Of a stretch of 64,000 bases of DNA, positions 31,094 to 41,220 are shown one piece after another (the first letter of the stretch is position 1; the number at the start of each line of letters is the position of its first letter). The notes below the pieces were generated by a model. That model did not search any database and was not told where the DNA came from. It saw only the letters and a program-made list of their open reading frames with translations. Position numbers and translations under genes: made by a program. Source of the stretch: an uncultured Trueperaceae bacterium (GTDB taxonomy: Bacteria > Deinococcota > Deinococci > Deinococcales > Trueperaceae); NCBI GenBank assembly GCA_963799485.1, contig CAWCXJ010000007.1, positions 448,001 through 512,000 of the forward strand, written 5' to 3'.

Positions 31094-31909
31094 TCAGGCT
31101 TCCGGCTCGAAAAAGTTCTGGTACAACTCCGGGTCGAAGGGCGCAACCGAAACGATCTCAGAGGCCATAACGACGACCTCGAAGGTATGCGCCAGCCGCC
31201 TAATCTCGGCATTACCTGCAGAACGCTCGCGGACGAGTCTGATGACCTCTTCCTCGGTTGCGTCCGGCTTCTCTGCCAATACACGTTGGATAATCTTTTC
31301 ATAAGCTTCGTTGATACGTTCGCCTATCTTTTCGTGCGTCCGGTCGTAATGAACGTTTAAGGTCATCGCAAGCGTTTCGGCGTCGCGGTAGCCGCTCTTT
31401 TCCAAGCTCAGCCGGATACTCTCGACGCCCCGAATCGGATTAAACGAAGTGTTGACCCTGCCGACATAAACTTTATTCGTCTTGAGCGTAACGGAGACGG
31501 CTTCTTGAGTCTCTAACGCCCTAAAAAGCATCTGTTCTAAAGCGTCGCCTGAACCTCTGATATAGCGCCTTCTAACGATATTTGGTTTCAAGGTCGGGAT
31601 AAGACGACATAGGGGGTTAAGCACAGCACAAAAGACCAAAGACAGCAAGAACGCCAGCACTCCGACAGCCGAGTTAGCCACTGGCAAAAATGATCGCCAC
31701 CACTCGAGTAGGGGCCGAGCAAACGGCGTGTCGCTAAGAAAGAAAAGCAAAAGCTGAGCGATAAATAGAAGGAAGCCACCAGCGATAGACGCGGCAAAAA
31801 CCAGCCGGTAGCCTTCTTGCCGTTGTATCCAGTAGCGCAACGGATACCACAAGCTGACCAAAAGAAAACCGCCTAAAAGCGGCAGCAAAAAGATGTTGAC
31901 TGTCGGCAC
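31094..31909 (-). CDS. Hypothetical membrane protein (three N-terminal TM segments plus a soluble beta-rich domain)
   Basis: LLPLLGGF...RQEGYRLVF...VTLKTNKVYVG...SGYRD. Confidence 0.8.
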   Translation of the reverse strand: MPTVNIFLLPLLGGFLLVSLWYPLRYWIQRQEGYRLVFAASIAGGFLLFIAQLLLFFLSDTPFARPLLEWWRSFLPVANSAVGVLAFLLSLVFCAVLNPLCRLIPTLKPNIVRRRYIRGSGDALEQMLFRALETQEAVSVTLKTNKVYVGRVNTSFNPIRGVESIRLSLEKSGYRDAETLAMTLNVHYDRTHEKIGERINEAYEKIIQRVLAEKPDATEEEVIRLVRERSAGNAEIRRLAHTFEVVVMASEIVSVAPFDPELYQNFFEPEA

Positions 31910-32109
31910 TATTTTTTAGCTTGCTTGCTGACTTGATCTCGGTGGCGCATTTGCTCTTCCACCAGCTCCTCGAGGTGTTGTGGGGAGATAGCCGATACCG
32001 AGCTGTCTACATACGGGGTGCCTAGACTTGAAAATTTTACGGGGACGACAGACTTTTTAATTTTTGTGGTGCCGTTTTGTGATGTGTAGCGTTTTAGACT
32101 AACCGCCAT
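31909..32109 (-). CDS. Small hypothetical protein
   Basis: AAGG RBS; stop overlaps the start of the membrane protein gene. Confidence 0.6.
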   Translation of the reverse strand: MAVSLKRYTSQNGTTKIKKSVVPVKFSSLGTPYVDSSVSAISPQHLEELVEEQMRHRDQVSKQAKK

Positions 32110-32335
32110 AGCCAGACCTTTCTAACAACGGTGAGTTGCCGTTGCACGCATGTGCTAAGTGTAAACGAATTTGTCAATTCGACCGCATTCTACACGCTTA
32201 AGCTTTTTCACATCGTAGAGGGTGCAGCACATAAAAACGCCCCAGACCGCTAGCTGGGACGCCACTTAAGGGATATGAGCTGTGGGTAGTATCAACATCG
32301 TTTATCAGCTAAACGGCGCTCTGCCGCTAGGCACA

Positions 32336-32361
32336 TAAGGGTTGATTCAACTCAACCCTTA
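32336..32361 (-). terminator. Hairpin downstream of the AAA helicase gene
   Basis: taagggttga-N6-tcaaccctta perfect 10-bp stem. Confidence 0.55.
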
Positions 32362-33327
32362 GCGGTTTAGGTCAAGTATAAGCTACCCTCCCCGTTTCAA
32401 GTTTACCAAGCACAGCTCGAGCTATCGCTTCGAGGTCATATGCCTCACCGTCCGCGAGTCTTCTCTTTTTGAAGTAACTCCCAAGAACCTTATCCAAGTC
32501 ATCGGTTCGGCCTACAGGTAACTTCATGGGTTGTCCTATAAACTCACCTGTTTCAAAACGGCGGCGCAACTCTTGTATGACTAAAGGCACATCGTTTTGA
32601 GGCAGTTCGGTGTTTTGATGCAGAAGGGTGTGCAGCAAAAGTTCGTCGGTATCAGACGGCGTTTCTGCTATTTGATGTTTTGATGCAGCAGGTTTTGAAC
32701 CGTTGTCCTCATCGTTTTTTAAGCGGTAGCCGACGGGCTGACCCCGGCCCGGTAGCTTCAATACAGCTACAGTGTCGCCTAAACGCCCGAGCAGTTCCTT
32801 AAGGGCATCCGCGGCTGCACGTTGCTGGATTTTGCCCTCACGTATGGCAACCTCGAGTAGTTCTCTGCGTTCTATTACGGTGCCGCGTCTCGTCTCGAGC
32901 ACACTCTGCATGACCCTCACCGCTCGTTCGGTTTTTGTCTCGCTGTAGGATTCGGGCAACTCGGTTTCTTCGATTCGCACCGCATCGGCATTGAAATTCA
33001 GCTCTATTCCGAAGGGTTCCGGTAGCGCGGCAAAGCTCGACTTACTGACATCCCAACGCAAAACGTTGCGTCCCTGTACATCCTTTGCTGGGACGCGGGT
33101 TAACAAATGCACCGTGCGACTTTGTGCGGGTTTGGCGATGCTACCCATAACGCCACGTGCCCCTGCTTTCTCACCGCTCATCGGTTTGGGCAAATGGTCA
33201 ATCAGGATAACGGCAGCGCCTGTTTCGGTAGCAAGGCGGCGCAAGTACCAAAACGGCCCCTGTACAGCGGTAAGCTTTACCGGGTCGGTAGCGGGAAAAG
33301 CTGCCATAAACGAATCAATAACAACTA

Positions 33328-34418
33328 AGTACACCCAACCTAAATAAGTAGGTTGAAGGCGAATACTAAGGAATGACAAAGCGAGGACGAAGGTATATCG
33401 CATTAAGTGAGGCAGAGAACGAGAAGTTAAGAGCGTTAGAGCAGAACGCGCATATAAATGCCAAGGTGCGTCTGCGTGCCCAGATTTTGAGACTATCAAA
33501 TCAGGGCATGAGCCTGGGGCAGCTTTCAGAGCATGTAGCCAAGAACTACGAAACCTTGAGAAGAACCTTTGACCGTTGGGAAAGAGCAGGTTACGCAGGT
33601 CTAGCCGACCACTACGAGACACACGGACAGAAACCCGTAATTACCGATGACATCAAGACGTTCATGGAAACGAAGCTAACAGAACCAAGAACCTGGACGT
33701 GTACCCAGCTCTCCGAGACCGTCGGCGAGCGCTACGGTGTCAAGGTGGGAGCCGAGGGTATCCGCAAACGACTCAAAGAAATGGGCTACAGCTGGAAAAA
33801 GGGACGCTTTACGCCTGCCAAGCGTCCTGGTGAGGACGACCTCAAGCACCATAGAGCAGCCTTGGACACGTTGAAAAAGGGGCGCTGGAGCAAAGGTTGA
33901 GACTGCTTTATCTCGATCAGGTCGGTTTTAGTCTGGCGCTCAAGCCGATCAAGACCTGGACGCCTAAAGGTTCAGGAATTCAGTTCGAGATTCCTTCCAG
34001 GCAAGGTTCAGCCGGAAGGCTCAATCTTATAGGTGCATTGGACGTTGCTGCCAACAAACTCGTTTACCGCGACTTGGAGGGTGGCTGTGATGCTCGTAAG
34101 GTCGAGGCGTTTCTCGACAGGCTGGCCGAACGAGCCGATCCCGAAGGTCTCACTGTCGTCGTGCTTGATAATGCTCGCTTTCACAAAGCTAAAAACATCA
34201 AGGCTAAAGAACACAGCTGGCAACAACAAGGCTTGTTTCTTCGTTACCTACCCCCTTACTCGCCCCAGTTAAATCCTATCGAAACACTTTGGCGTCTCCT
34301 CAAAGGCTTTCTCCTGCCTAGACGCTTATACGCTTCCCTCAATCATCTCAAAGAGGCTGTCTTCGCCGCCCTTACACTCCTAAATGCTGTCATCCTTTAG
34401 TTTCAGGTTGGAGGTACT
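33328..34418 (+). mobile_element. IS630 family insertion sequence
   Basis: IRs agtacacccaacctaaa / tttcaggttggaggtact; TA duplication at 33326-33327 and 34419-34420. Confidence 0.92.
33373..34400 (+). CDS. IS630 transposase (two ORFs, AAAAAGGGGG frameshift near 33875)
   Basis: HTH ORF 33373-33900; DDE ORF with VLDNARFH and LPPYSPQLNPIE. Confidence 0.9.
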
Positions 34419-34804
34419 TAGGTTGGCTCCGGTTGTGCGAGCGAGGTCGCCTAACTGGTTTAGTTCGTTTACGTCCATCCCGAAGGTGTCAGGATCGGGC
34501 TCGAGCACGATAATCTTACTCATATCGCCATCAGGGTAAGCGGCTTGGTGCTTATCAAGCCAAAAACGTATACTGCGCCCGTTTCCAGGGGCGTCATAGT
34601 CTACAAAGATGGTTTTACCAGGGTTGACGTGTTTGCCTAAGAATTCTCCACCATTGGGGCGGCTTGCTTGCCAAGCTAGGGCGGTTAGCGTGGCTGTTTT
34701 GCCATGCCCTGGTAGGGAGGCAACGAGGTTGAGGTAGCCTTTAAGGATTAACTCTTCTACATACCAGTCAAGCGGCTCGAGTTGGCGCGTGAGGTCTACT
34801 TGGA

Positions 34805-35903
34805 TTAAAGGCATGGTTTGCCCCCTAGCGTGGGAACGGCTCGCCCAATGTTGGGTCTGGCATCTGTTTTCGTCTTGGTCGAGAACCCGCTACCTGAAAA
34901 CATCAAATCGGGCTTTTGCTGTGAGCGACGTAAATCTTTTGGTGCAGTAGCTGATGCGCTAAAAGACTTGACTGCGTTAAAAGGGCGGGCACCTTCGAGG
35001 CTTTGGTTAAGCTGCTGTAAAAGCGCACCACGGCCCCCACGCCCTGCCAGATCGCACGCATCCATAGGCCACGGGTCAAGGGTGTAAGCTTTGCCAGCCC
35101 CTGCCCCTGCCCCTGCGCCTGTGCCGCCCACTTGTCACGCGCTTCTCGGCCTACTTCGTCGTCATCGGCGTAAACGTAGACGGTACGGCCTTTGAGCGCG
35201 TCAAGGTGTAATGATCCGCTCGTACCTGCTACACCCATGACCCCTAGATCGAGTCTTGCTAAGGAACATGCCATCGCGTTTAACTCCCCTTCAATCACAA
35301 GCACTTCGTTATGGTTCAAAAAGTCCGGCGAACACCATGCGGGGCTGCCGTGGCCTTTTAGTCCGGTGTAGCGGTCAAGCTTCGTTTTCGGGTGTGCTTT
35401 TCGGCGTTTGATGTTGAGGACGGTTCCGTTTGGGCCAAACACAGGGAAGAGTGCATCGTCCCCTTCAGCGCAACAGCCGAACTTCTTCAAGTCTGGCAAG
35501 GTAAAACCGCGCCCCTTCATCGAGAGGGGAACGCAGCGTAACCGGGCAGCTTGGCGGTAGTGGCGCTCGAGCACCTCCGGCGCAACTGGCTTAAAGATAG
35601 GGGCAGGCTTGGCAGCTTTGATAGCTAGGCGGGGCAGCGTAGCGCCTACCGCACCGCCCGCCCGACGCTCGAGGTCTCTAACCGCTTCAGCGGTGTCGAA
35701 GTCGTAAACCGCCTTGAGCCAGTCCAAGGCGTCGCCGTAAGCCCCACACGCAAAACATAAAAACTGTCTTGGTAGATATGGCAGCTTGGATTTCGGTCGT
35801 CGTGAACCGGGCACAGCACCTTACCGTTGCGCCCGATGTCGTGCGTTTCGCTTACCAGTTCGGTGAAGGGTATGGCAGCTTTGAGCGCTGCAATATCCGC
35901 CAC
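34805..35903 (-). pseudogene. CHC2 zinc-finger/TOPRIM primase with two frameshifts
   Basis: CPVHDDRNPS..FY/CFACGAYGD split near 35757; VIEGELNA, YADDDEVG; second shift in a (GCAGGG)n repeat near 35110. Confidence 0.83.
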
Positions 35904-35904
35904 C

Positions 35905-36123
35905 TCAAAACTCTTTTCCGATGTTGTCTTGAATCCACTGCTCGAGCGCTGCGGTAGGAATACGGATCGTGTTGCCAATTTTGAGGCAGGGTAAGACCCC
36001 GGCATTGGCTAAGCCGTAGGTGCGGTTGATGCCCAAGTTCAATATCTTGGCGGCTTGGCGCACGGTGAGGAGGACGGGTTGGTTGACTTTCTCGGATGTA
36101 GTAGGAACCTCTTTATGATCCAT
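35905..36123 (-). CDS. Excisionase-like HTH DNA-binding protein
   Basis: LLTVRQAAKILNLG..TY..LPCLKIG..IRIP..LEQWI. Confidence 0.88.
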   Translation of the reverse strand: MDHKEVPTTSEKVNQPVLLTVRQAAKILNLGINRTYGLANAGVLPCLKIGNTIRIPTAALEQWIQDNIGKEF

Positions 36124-36222
36124 GCGAAAAGTGTCCCGTGCGTCTCGGTAAGTCCTGATTTGACACGCTTAACTACGTCCTGTAGGCTATAAATATGACC
36201 TGTCAAAATTCAGTTTTCAAAC

Positions 36223-36873
36223 ATGACTAAGACTAAACGTCCCTATCCTTGGCCTCATCCCGATGAAGTGATCAAGCGGATAGCTAACGCTGAACGTCGA
36301 GGGGTCAAGATGCGGTGGCACGTTATCTATCTGATATGCCGCGTTGACCCAAAAAGGAAGAGCCCGTTAAAAGATAAAGAAATTGCTGCCAAGGTAGGGT
36401 TCACGGTGCAGCATATTGAGAACGTTCGACGGGCTTTTCGTGAGAGAGGCCCAGATGCAATGGAGATGGGGTTTTCATTTGCGCGTCCGAAGGCTGGACG
36501 AAAAGCAATCTTTGGTCAAGATGACCTCGAGCGATTAGCGGCGTTTTTGCAAAAGCTTGAAAAGCCCCGGTGGGAAGACGTTCAGACTTTTTGCAAAGAT
36601 GTACTAAAAATGGAGAAGCCGGTCAGTGACACTACGGCACGGCGGCGGTTTGAGGACTACCTCGACGGAAAGTTTCAGCTACCTCAAGTTGTAGATGTGC
36701 CCGCCGCGCCGAAGAAACAAAATCTGTCAGAGAAGCTAGCCGTAACAAAAGGAGCTAACAAACGCTCACAGCCCAAGAGCGAAACAATTAGGCAGAAGCT
36801 AGAACCGGCAACGTCACCTTCGCTCCCGAAGGACTTAGGTATGTTCGAGTCGTTATTCGATGAGCAAACCTAA
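36223..36873 (+). CDS. HTH protein resembling an IS630 transposase N-terminus, with no DDE domain
   Basis: RWHVIYL..KEIAAKVG....V..F..GPD...GRK..; TTGACA-17-TAGGCT promoter; divergent from xis. Confidence 0.72.
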   Translation: MTKTKRPYPWPHPDEVIKRIANAERRGVKMRWHVIYLICRVDPKRKSPLKDKEIAAKVGFTVQHIENVRRAFRERGPDAMEMGFSFARPKAGRKAIFGQDDLERLAAFLQKLEKPRWEDVQTFCKDVLKMEKPVSDTTARRRFEDYLDGKFQLPQVVDVPAAPKKQNLSEKLAVTKGANKRSQPKSETIRQKLEPATSPSLPKDLGMFESLFDEQT

Positions 36874-36968
36874 CTGCTATCACGGTAGACGGTCGGTTTT
36901 GAGCTAAATACGCCAGGTACCCCCGTGTGCATGAAGCAACAGGTGATAACTTCATTGCGCGGTTCAGC

Positions 36969-37160
36969 TTAGATAAACAGTTCCGTACCAACCCCAAACC
37001 GCTCAGCTAACTTCTTGGCTAGATTCAAGCTGATCGCGTGTTCCCCTTCAAAACCTTCTTCTGCTGGCTGGTAATATCCTCTTTATCAGTTGGTACCGAC
37101 CCCATGCCGTCCTATAAGGTGCGCGAGCATTTGGCAGGGCGGCGCGTCAAGGTTTTTAAG
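36969..37160 (-). pseudogene. HigA-like HTH antitoxin remnant
   Basis: Frame-broken LAHLIGRHG...VLKG..AISLNLAKKLAERFGVGTELFI*. Confidence 0.5.
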
Positions 37161-37346
37161 CTCGGGTTGGCCCGTTTCCCGCACAACCGTGTGCGCTTAG
37201 GCCCTATTTGCTGTACCGGACGCTGGACTCTACATATTCGTTACTCTATACGCCCATTACAAAGCGCTGTCATCTTCGTTTGGCTTATCCGGGTTATGTA
37301 TCGCGCTTTTGTGGGTCGCGTGTTCTCCGCTGGGTACGCTGAGCAC

Positions 37347-38693
37347 ATGCGCCCCCCCTCCCTAACAGCAATTTTTACGACCTGGTGGCCTCTGGCCGCG
37401 AGCTGGCTTTTTATGGGGGTCGAGCAACCCTTGGTCGGTGCGCTGATTGCTAGGCTCGCCGATCCGACGGTTCAGCTCGCAGCCTTGGGCGGCGTCGTTT
37501 TTCCGCTTTCGTGGCTTATCGAAGCGCCCATTATGATGCTGCTCGCTGCCTCGACCGCGCTTTCTAAAACCAAAGGTTCATACAGGTTTATCTACCGCTT
37601 CATGATGCTTTCAGGTCTAGCTTTAACGCTGCTACACGCGCTTTTAGCGTTTACCCCGCTCTACGACCTGCTGATCGTCCGGCTTTTACAACCCCCTGCC
37701 GTGGTCGTGCAACCAGCCCGCTTGGGCCTCATGATCATGCTGCCTTTTACCTGGTGTATCGCCTACCGCCGTTTTCATCAGGGTGTGCTAATTCGTAGTG
37801 GGCGGTCGCTAACGGTGAGTATCGGAACGGTGGTGCGGCTGCTAGCTATCGTGCTGGGGTGCAGCGTAGGGCTCTTGCTGGACGCACCGGGCATCGTTGT
37901 CGGTACGTTGGGAATCGTAACCGGGGTTTTAGCTGAGGCATTATTTATTGGGGTACGCGTCCGACCTATTGTTCGTCACGGGTTGCCGGACAAGGTGGAG
38001 AGTGAAGCGGAGCCCCTCGGCTGGTCGATGTTTTTGCGGTTTTATACGCCGCTGGCGCTGACGAGTTTGCTGCTGCTACTCGTGCAACCGCTCGGCAGCG
38101 CGGCGCTCAGCCGGATGCCGCTGGCGCTCACCTCACTTGCCGCGTGGCCGGTGCTGGCGTCCTTTATATTTCTCTTCCGGGGGGTGGGGATGGCCTATAA
38201 CGAGGTGGTAGTGGCGCAGCTCGAGACGCCGGGTGCGTGGCGGAGTCTGCGCCGCTTTGCGCTGCTCGTCTCAGCCTTGATAAGTGCCCTTTTGCTCCTG
38301 GTCGCGCTTACACCCCTCGCTCACGGCTATTTTGGTACGGTGCTCGGGCTCGAGCCTGAACTGGCTTCGCTGGCGAGCAACGGTCTTTTACTGGCGTTTG
38401 CGTGGCCCGCGCTGACGATCTTTCAGAGTTACTATCAGGGCATTTTGGTGCATAGTGGCGAAACGCAGCGCGTAACTCAGTCGGTTTTGGTCTCGCTCGC
38501 GGTCAGTGTGCTGCTGCTCGGGGGTGGGGCGCTCCTCGGCACGTTGCCGGGGCTTTACGTCGTAACGATAGCCTTTGTCGTCGGGAGCGCCGTGCAGGTA
38601 TTCTGGCTGGCGTACTCGAGCCAAGCGGTGCTCAGGGGCTTGCGGGCACTCGAGGCACCTTCGGGTGTTGGGCCCGTCGCTGCAACAGATTAG
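37347..38693 (+). CDS. MATE-like/MOP superfamily membrane transporter
   Basis: About 12 TM segments with internal duplication (WWPLAAS.. / FYTPLALTS..). ATG at 37347 is inferred. Confidence 0.72.
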   Translation: MRPPSLTAIFTTWWPLAASWLFMGVEQPLVGALIARLADPTVQLAALGGVVFPLSWLIEAPIMMLLAASTALSKTKGSYRFIYRFMMLSGLALTLLHALLAFTPLYDLLIVRLLQPPAVVVQPARLGLMIMLPFTWCIAYRRFHQGVLIRSGRSLTVSIGTVVRLLAIVLGCSVGLLLDAPGIVVGTLGIVTGVLAEALFIGVRVRPIVRHGLPDKVESEAEPLGWSMFLRFYTPLALTSLLLLLVQPLGSAALSRMPLALTSLAAWPVLASFIFLFRGVGMAYNEVVVAQLETPGAWRSLRRFALLVSALISALLLLVALTPLAHGYFGTVLGLEPELASLASNGLLLAFAWPALTIFQSYYQGILVHSGETQRVTQSVLVSLAVSVLLLGGGALLGTLPGLYVVTIAFVVGSAVQVFWLAYSSQAVLRGLRALEAPSGVGPVAATD

Positions 38694-38793
38694 GTAAGGC
38701 TGGCCTCTTCTGGTTCATTTCGGCTTGACTGCTGAAGGTCTATCGTAACTTAGAACGGCAAGATGAACGAATCAACCTTTGAGGTTTCCCACA

Positions 38794-38873
38794 CGCCCTA
38801 TCTACATCCAACTCAAGAACGGCGGCAGCTTGACCAACGGTAACAGTGACGCCGGGCGAGAGGAACTTATGGC
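38794..38873 (+). pseudogene. Degenerate copy of the 5' end of the ATP-grasp gene
   Basis: cgccctatctacatccaactcaagaacggcggcagcttgaccaacggtaacagtgacgcc aligns without gaps to 39511-39570. Confidence 0.75.
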
Positions 38874-38928
38874 TCTCGACACGCTATAGTATAAAAACCA
38901 TGCGGGACTCTTTGGAGAAAGGGGGAAT

Positions 38929-39111
38929 ATGTCTGCCACTCGTCCATTAAAAAGTACTCCCCTCGTGAGTCAAGAGGAGCGCGAGAAGCTTCGCCGCAAC
39001 AGCGTGCGAATCAACCGGGTGTTTGATACCCTTAACGCTTACCCCGGCGGCTTCCATGCCGAGTTTGAGCGCCGCGCCCGCCAACAGGGTCTGTCAAAGC
39101 ACAACAAGTAA
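38929..39111 (+). CDS. Small hypothetical protein (60 aa)
   Basis: TATAGT -10, purine-rich RBS, terminator at 39126-39150. Confidence 0.65.
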   Translation: MSATRPLKSTPLVSQEEREKLRRNSVRINRVFDTLNAYPGGFHAEFERRARQQGLSKHNK

Positions 39112-39507
39112 CCTTCCAGCCTTTGAAGCCCGGCCCTCGCGTCGGGCTTTCTCATGCCGCGACGAAGCCTACACGTAGCGTATTAGCGCTGAGACGCGAC
39201 CCGCCAAATCCGCCGCCAACCAAAGGAGCGCACTCCGAGTACGCTGACGGTGAACCTGAAGAGCAGACCCTCGAGACCTATCCCGAAGTCAGCAACGACT
39301 AAAGCCGCGCCAGAGTAGGCGGGCTCAGATTGCCCGCAGGTTTATCAGTTTAATCAGAAATTTATGACCCAAGCTTCTGATTCATGGGGTTATGCCCAGT
39401 TTCTGATTAAAACTCTGACCTCTGACCATGCCAGACCCGCGCCCAGGTCGAACCGCTATTGACCACAGCTTAAAATGACTCCGAAAGCCGAGGAGGTAAG
39501 GTCACTG

Positions 39508-40245
39508 ATGCGCCCTGTTTACATCCAGACCAAGAACGACGGCAGCTTTACCAACGGCAACAGCTACGCCGCTTGGGAAGGTTTTACGGCGCTTGGTTAC
39601 GAGGTAAAGACGTTTCGAGCCGATGAGCTGACCCAGCTCGAGCTAGCACCCGACGCGCTCGTTCACGGTCACGTCGGTATCGTTTGGCAGGCTTTAGCAC
39701 AACTCGGCGCACGTGTACCCCAAGCGCTGGGTATTCCTACCGACCTCGAGCCCTTTTTGGGTCGTCGCCAGTGGCAAAGTACGTTGGGAGAGGTTCGGAA
39801 GCTTGCGGACGTGCCGGTGTTTATAAAACCGCTAGAAAACGGCAAAGCGTTTACGGGCCATATCGTTGCTGAGTTTCGTGACCTGATCCAAACCGCCAGC
39901 TTGCCCGACGACTTTCCAGTGCTTGTGCAGGAGGTGGTGCAGCTCGAGAGCGAGTGGCGCGTGTTTGTCTTACGGGGTGAAGTCTTAGGCGTCGGGTACT
40001 ACTACGGCGACCCGCTCCGTTTTCCCGACGGTGCAGTCGTCAAGGAAATGCTGCGGGCACATAAAGACCCGGTAGCAGCGTATGGGCTCGATGTGGGTGT
40101 CACCGCAGGGGGTCAAACGCTGCTGGTCGAGCTTAACGACGGCTACGCCCTTGGTTGCTACGGCTTACCGCCGACCAAGTATGCAAGGCTGCTCGAGGCC
40201 CGCTGGGACGAACTGATGAGCTGTAAAAAGGTAGCGTCAACCTGA
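39508..40245 (+). CDS. ATP-grasp protein of the R2K clade (DUF4343-like)
   Basis: AGGAGG RBS; PVFIKP..KAFTG, EWRVFV, YGLDVG..LLVELNDGYALG. Confidence 0.85.
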   Translation: MRPVYIQTKNDGSFTNGNSYAAWEGFTALGYEVKTFRADELTQLELAPDALVHGHVGIVWQALAQLGARVPQALGIPTDLEPFLGRRQWQSTLGEVRKLADVPVFIKPLENGKAFTGHIVAEFRDLIQTASLPDDFPVLVQEVVQLESEWRVFVLRGEVLGVGYYYGDPLRFPDGAVVKEMLRAHKDPVAAYGLDVGVTAGGQTLLVELNDGYALGCYGLPPTKYARLLEARWDELMSCKKVAST

Positions 40246-40304
40246 GAGGGCTATAACACGGTAACGGGGTATCCTAAACCTCATCCCGTCTAGGAGGTGC
40301 CCTT

Positions 40305-41096
40305 ATCCCTACGTCCCTTACCCCCACCATCCAAGCTGAATTGAAGCGGCTCGAGCAACAAGAACACATCCGTATCCTCTACGCCTGCGAATCGGACAGC
40401 CGCGCTTGGGGCTTTGCTTCTCAAGATTCAGACTACGACGTGTGCTTTATCTACGTTCGTCCGCTCAACTGGTACTTGTCGTTGGAGAAAAAGCGTAACG
40501 TGCTCGAGGAGATGCTCCCTAATGACCTAGAGCTTGCCGGATGGGACGTCACAAAAGCCTTGACCCTATTCGCCAAGTCGAACCCCCCGATGCTCGAGTG
40601 GCTGGATTCGCCCATCGTCTACTACGAAGAACCAGGGTTTACCGAGGCGCTTAAAGCGTTGCTGCCGACCTATTACGCGCCACGTGCGTGTATGTATCAC
40701 TACCTGCATATGGCGAAGAGCAACCGCCGCGATTACCTTAAAGGTGAAACGGTGTGGACAAAGAAATATCTTTACGTGTTGCGGCCTGTGTTGGCGTGCG
40801 AGTGGATTGCTCAAGGACACGGGCCGGTGCCGATGGCGATGCAGGCGCTTGTAGATACGCTGCTCGAGGGTGAACGCCACAGCGCAATACAAACGCTGAT
40901 CGAACGCAAACGGCGGGGTGACGAGCTGGCAGAGGGGCCGCGGTTGCCGGTACTCGACGCGCTGATTGATGAAACGCTCGAGCGGCTGCAAGATGCGCCC
41001 GAAACGCAGGCACAACCAAAGGTGACGATTAAGGCGTTAGACGCATTGTTTGTGGATACGCTCGAGCGTTATGCCCCACGCCAAGTACCCGGTTAG
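40305..41096 (+). CDS. RlaP/YcgL-like nucleotidyltransferase (Pol-beta superfamily)
   Basis: ILYACES(D)SRAWGFASQDSDYDV, GWD..KAL, EWLDSPIVY, KKYLYVLRP. Start uncertain (ATC 40305 or TTG 40341). Confidence 0.87.
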   Translation: MPTSLTPTIQAELKRLEQQEHIRILYACESDSRAWGFASQDSDYDVCFIYVRPLNWYLSLEKKRNVLEEMLPNDLELAGWDVTKALTLFAKSNPPMLEWLDSPIVYYEEPGFTEALKALLPTYYAPRACMYHYLHMAKSNRRDYLKGETVWTKKYLYVLRPVLACEWIAQGHGPVPMAMQALVDTLLEGERHSAIQTLIERKRRGDELAEGPRLPVLDALIDETLERLQDAPETQAQPKVTIKALDALFVDTLERYAPRQVPG

Positions 41097-41220
41097 CGGT
41101 CTTATAGACCAAGATCAACGCCTTGAGCAGCCTTTCCATCTTACTTACCGAAGTATCTTATTTGTATGTCGGCGTCTGGCAGCAGGTGTTTATGCTAAGT
41201 TATCCGAAGAGGAGGGAGAT

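Larger units (their letters stand above)
32372..34814 (-). pseudogene. AAA (RecA/RepA-like) replicative helicase split by IS630
   Basis: Walker A ASLPGHGKT in the 5' part. Removing the IS restores GANL-VVIDS (Walker B). AVILIDH and GSIA follow. Confidence 0.85.

Noticed and set aside
32372..33622. 416-aa ORF as an intact gene
   Set aside because: Its N-terminus is antisense IS630 sequence; the real gene is the split helicase.
39235..39303. DUF433-like fragment (EYADGEPEEQTLETYPEVSND)
   Set aside because: Too short, with no start codon; only suggestive of an antitoxin remnant.
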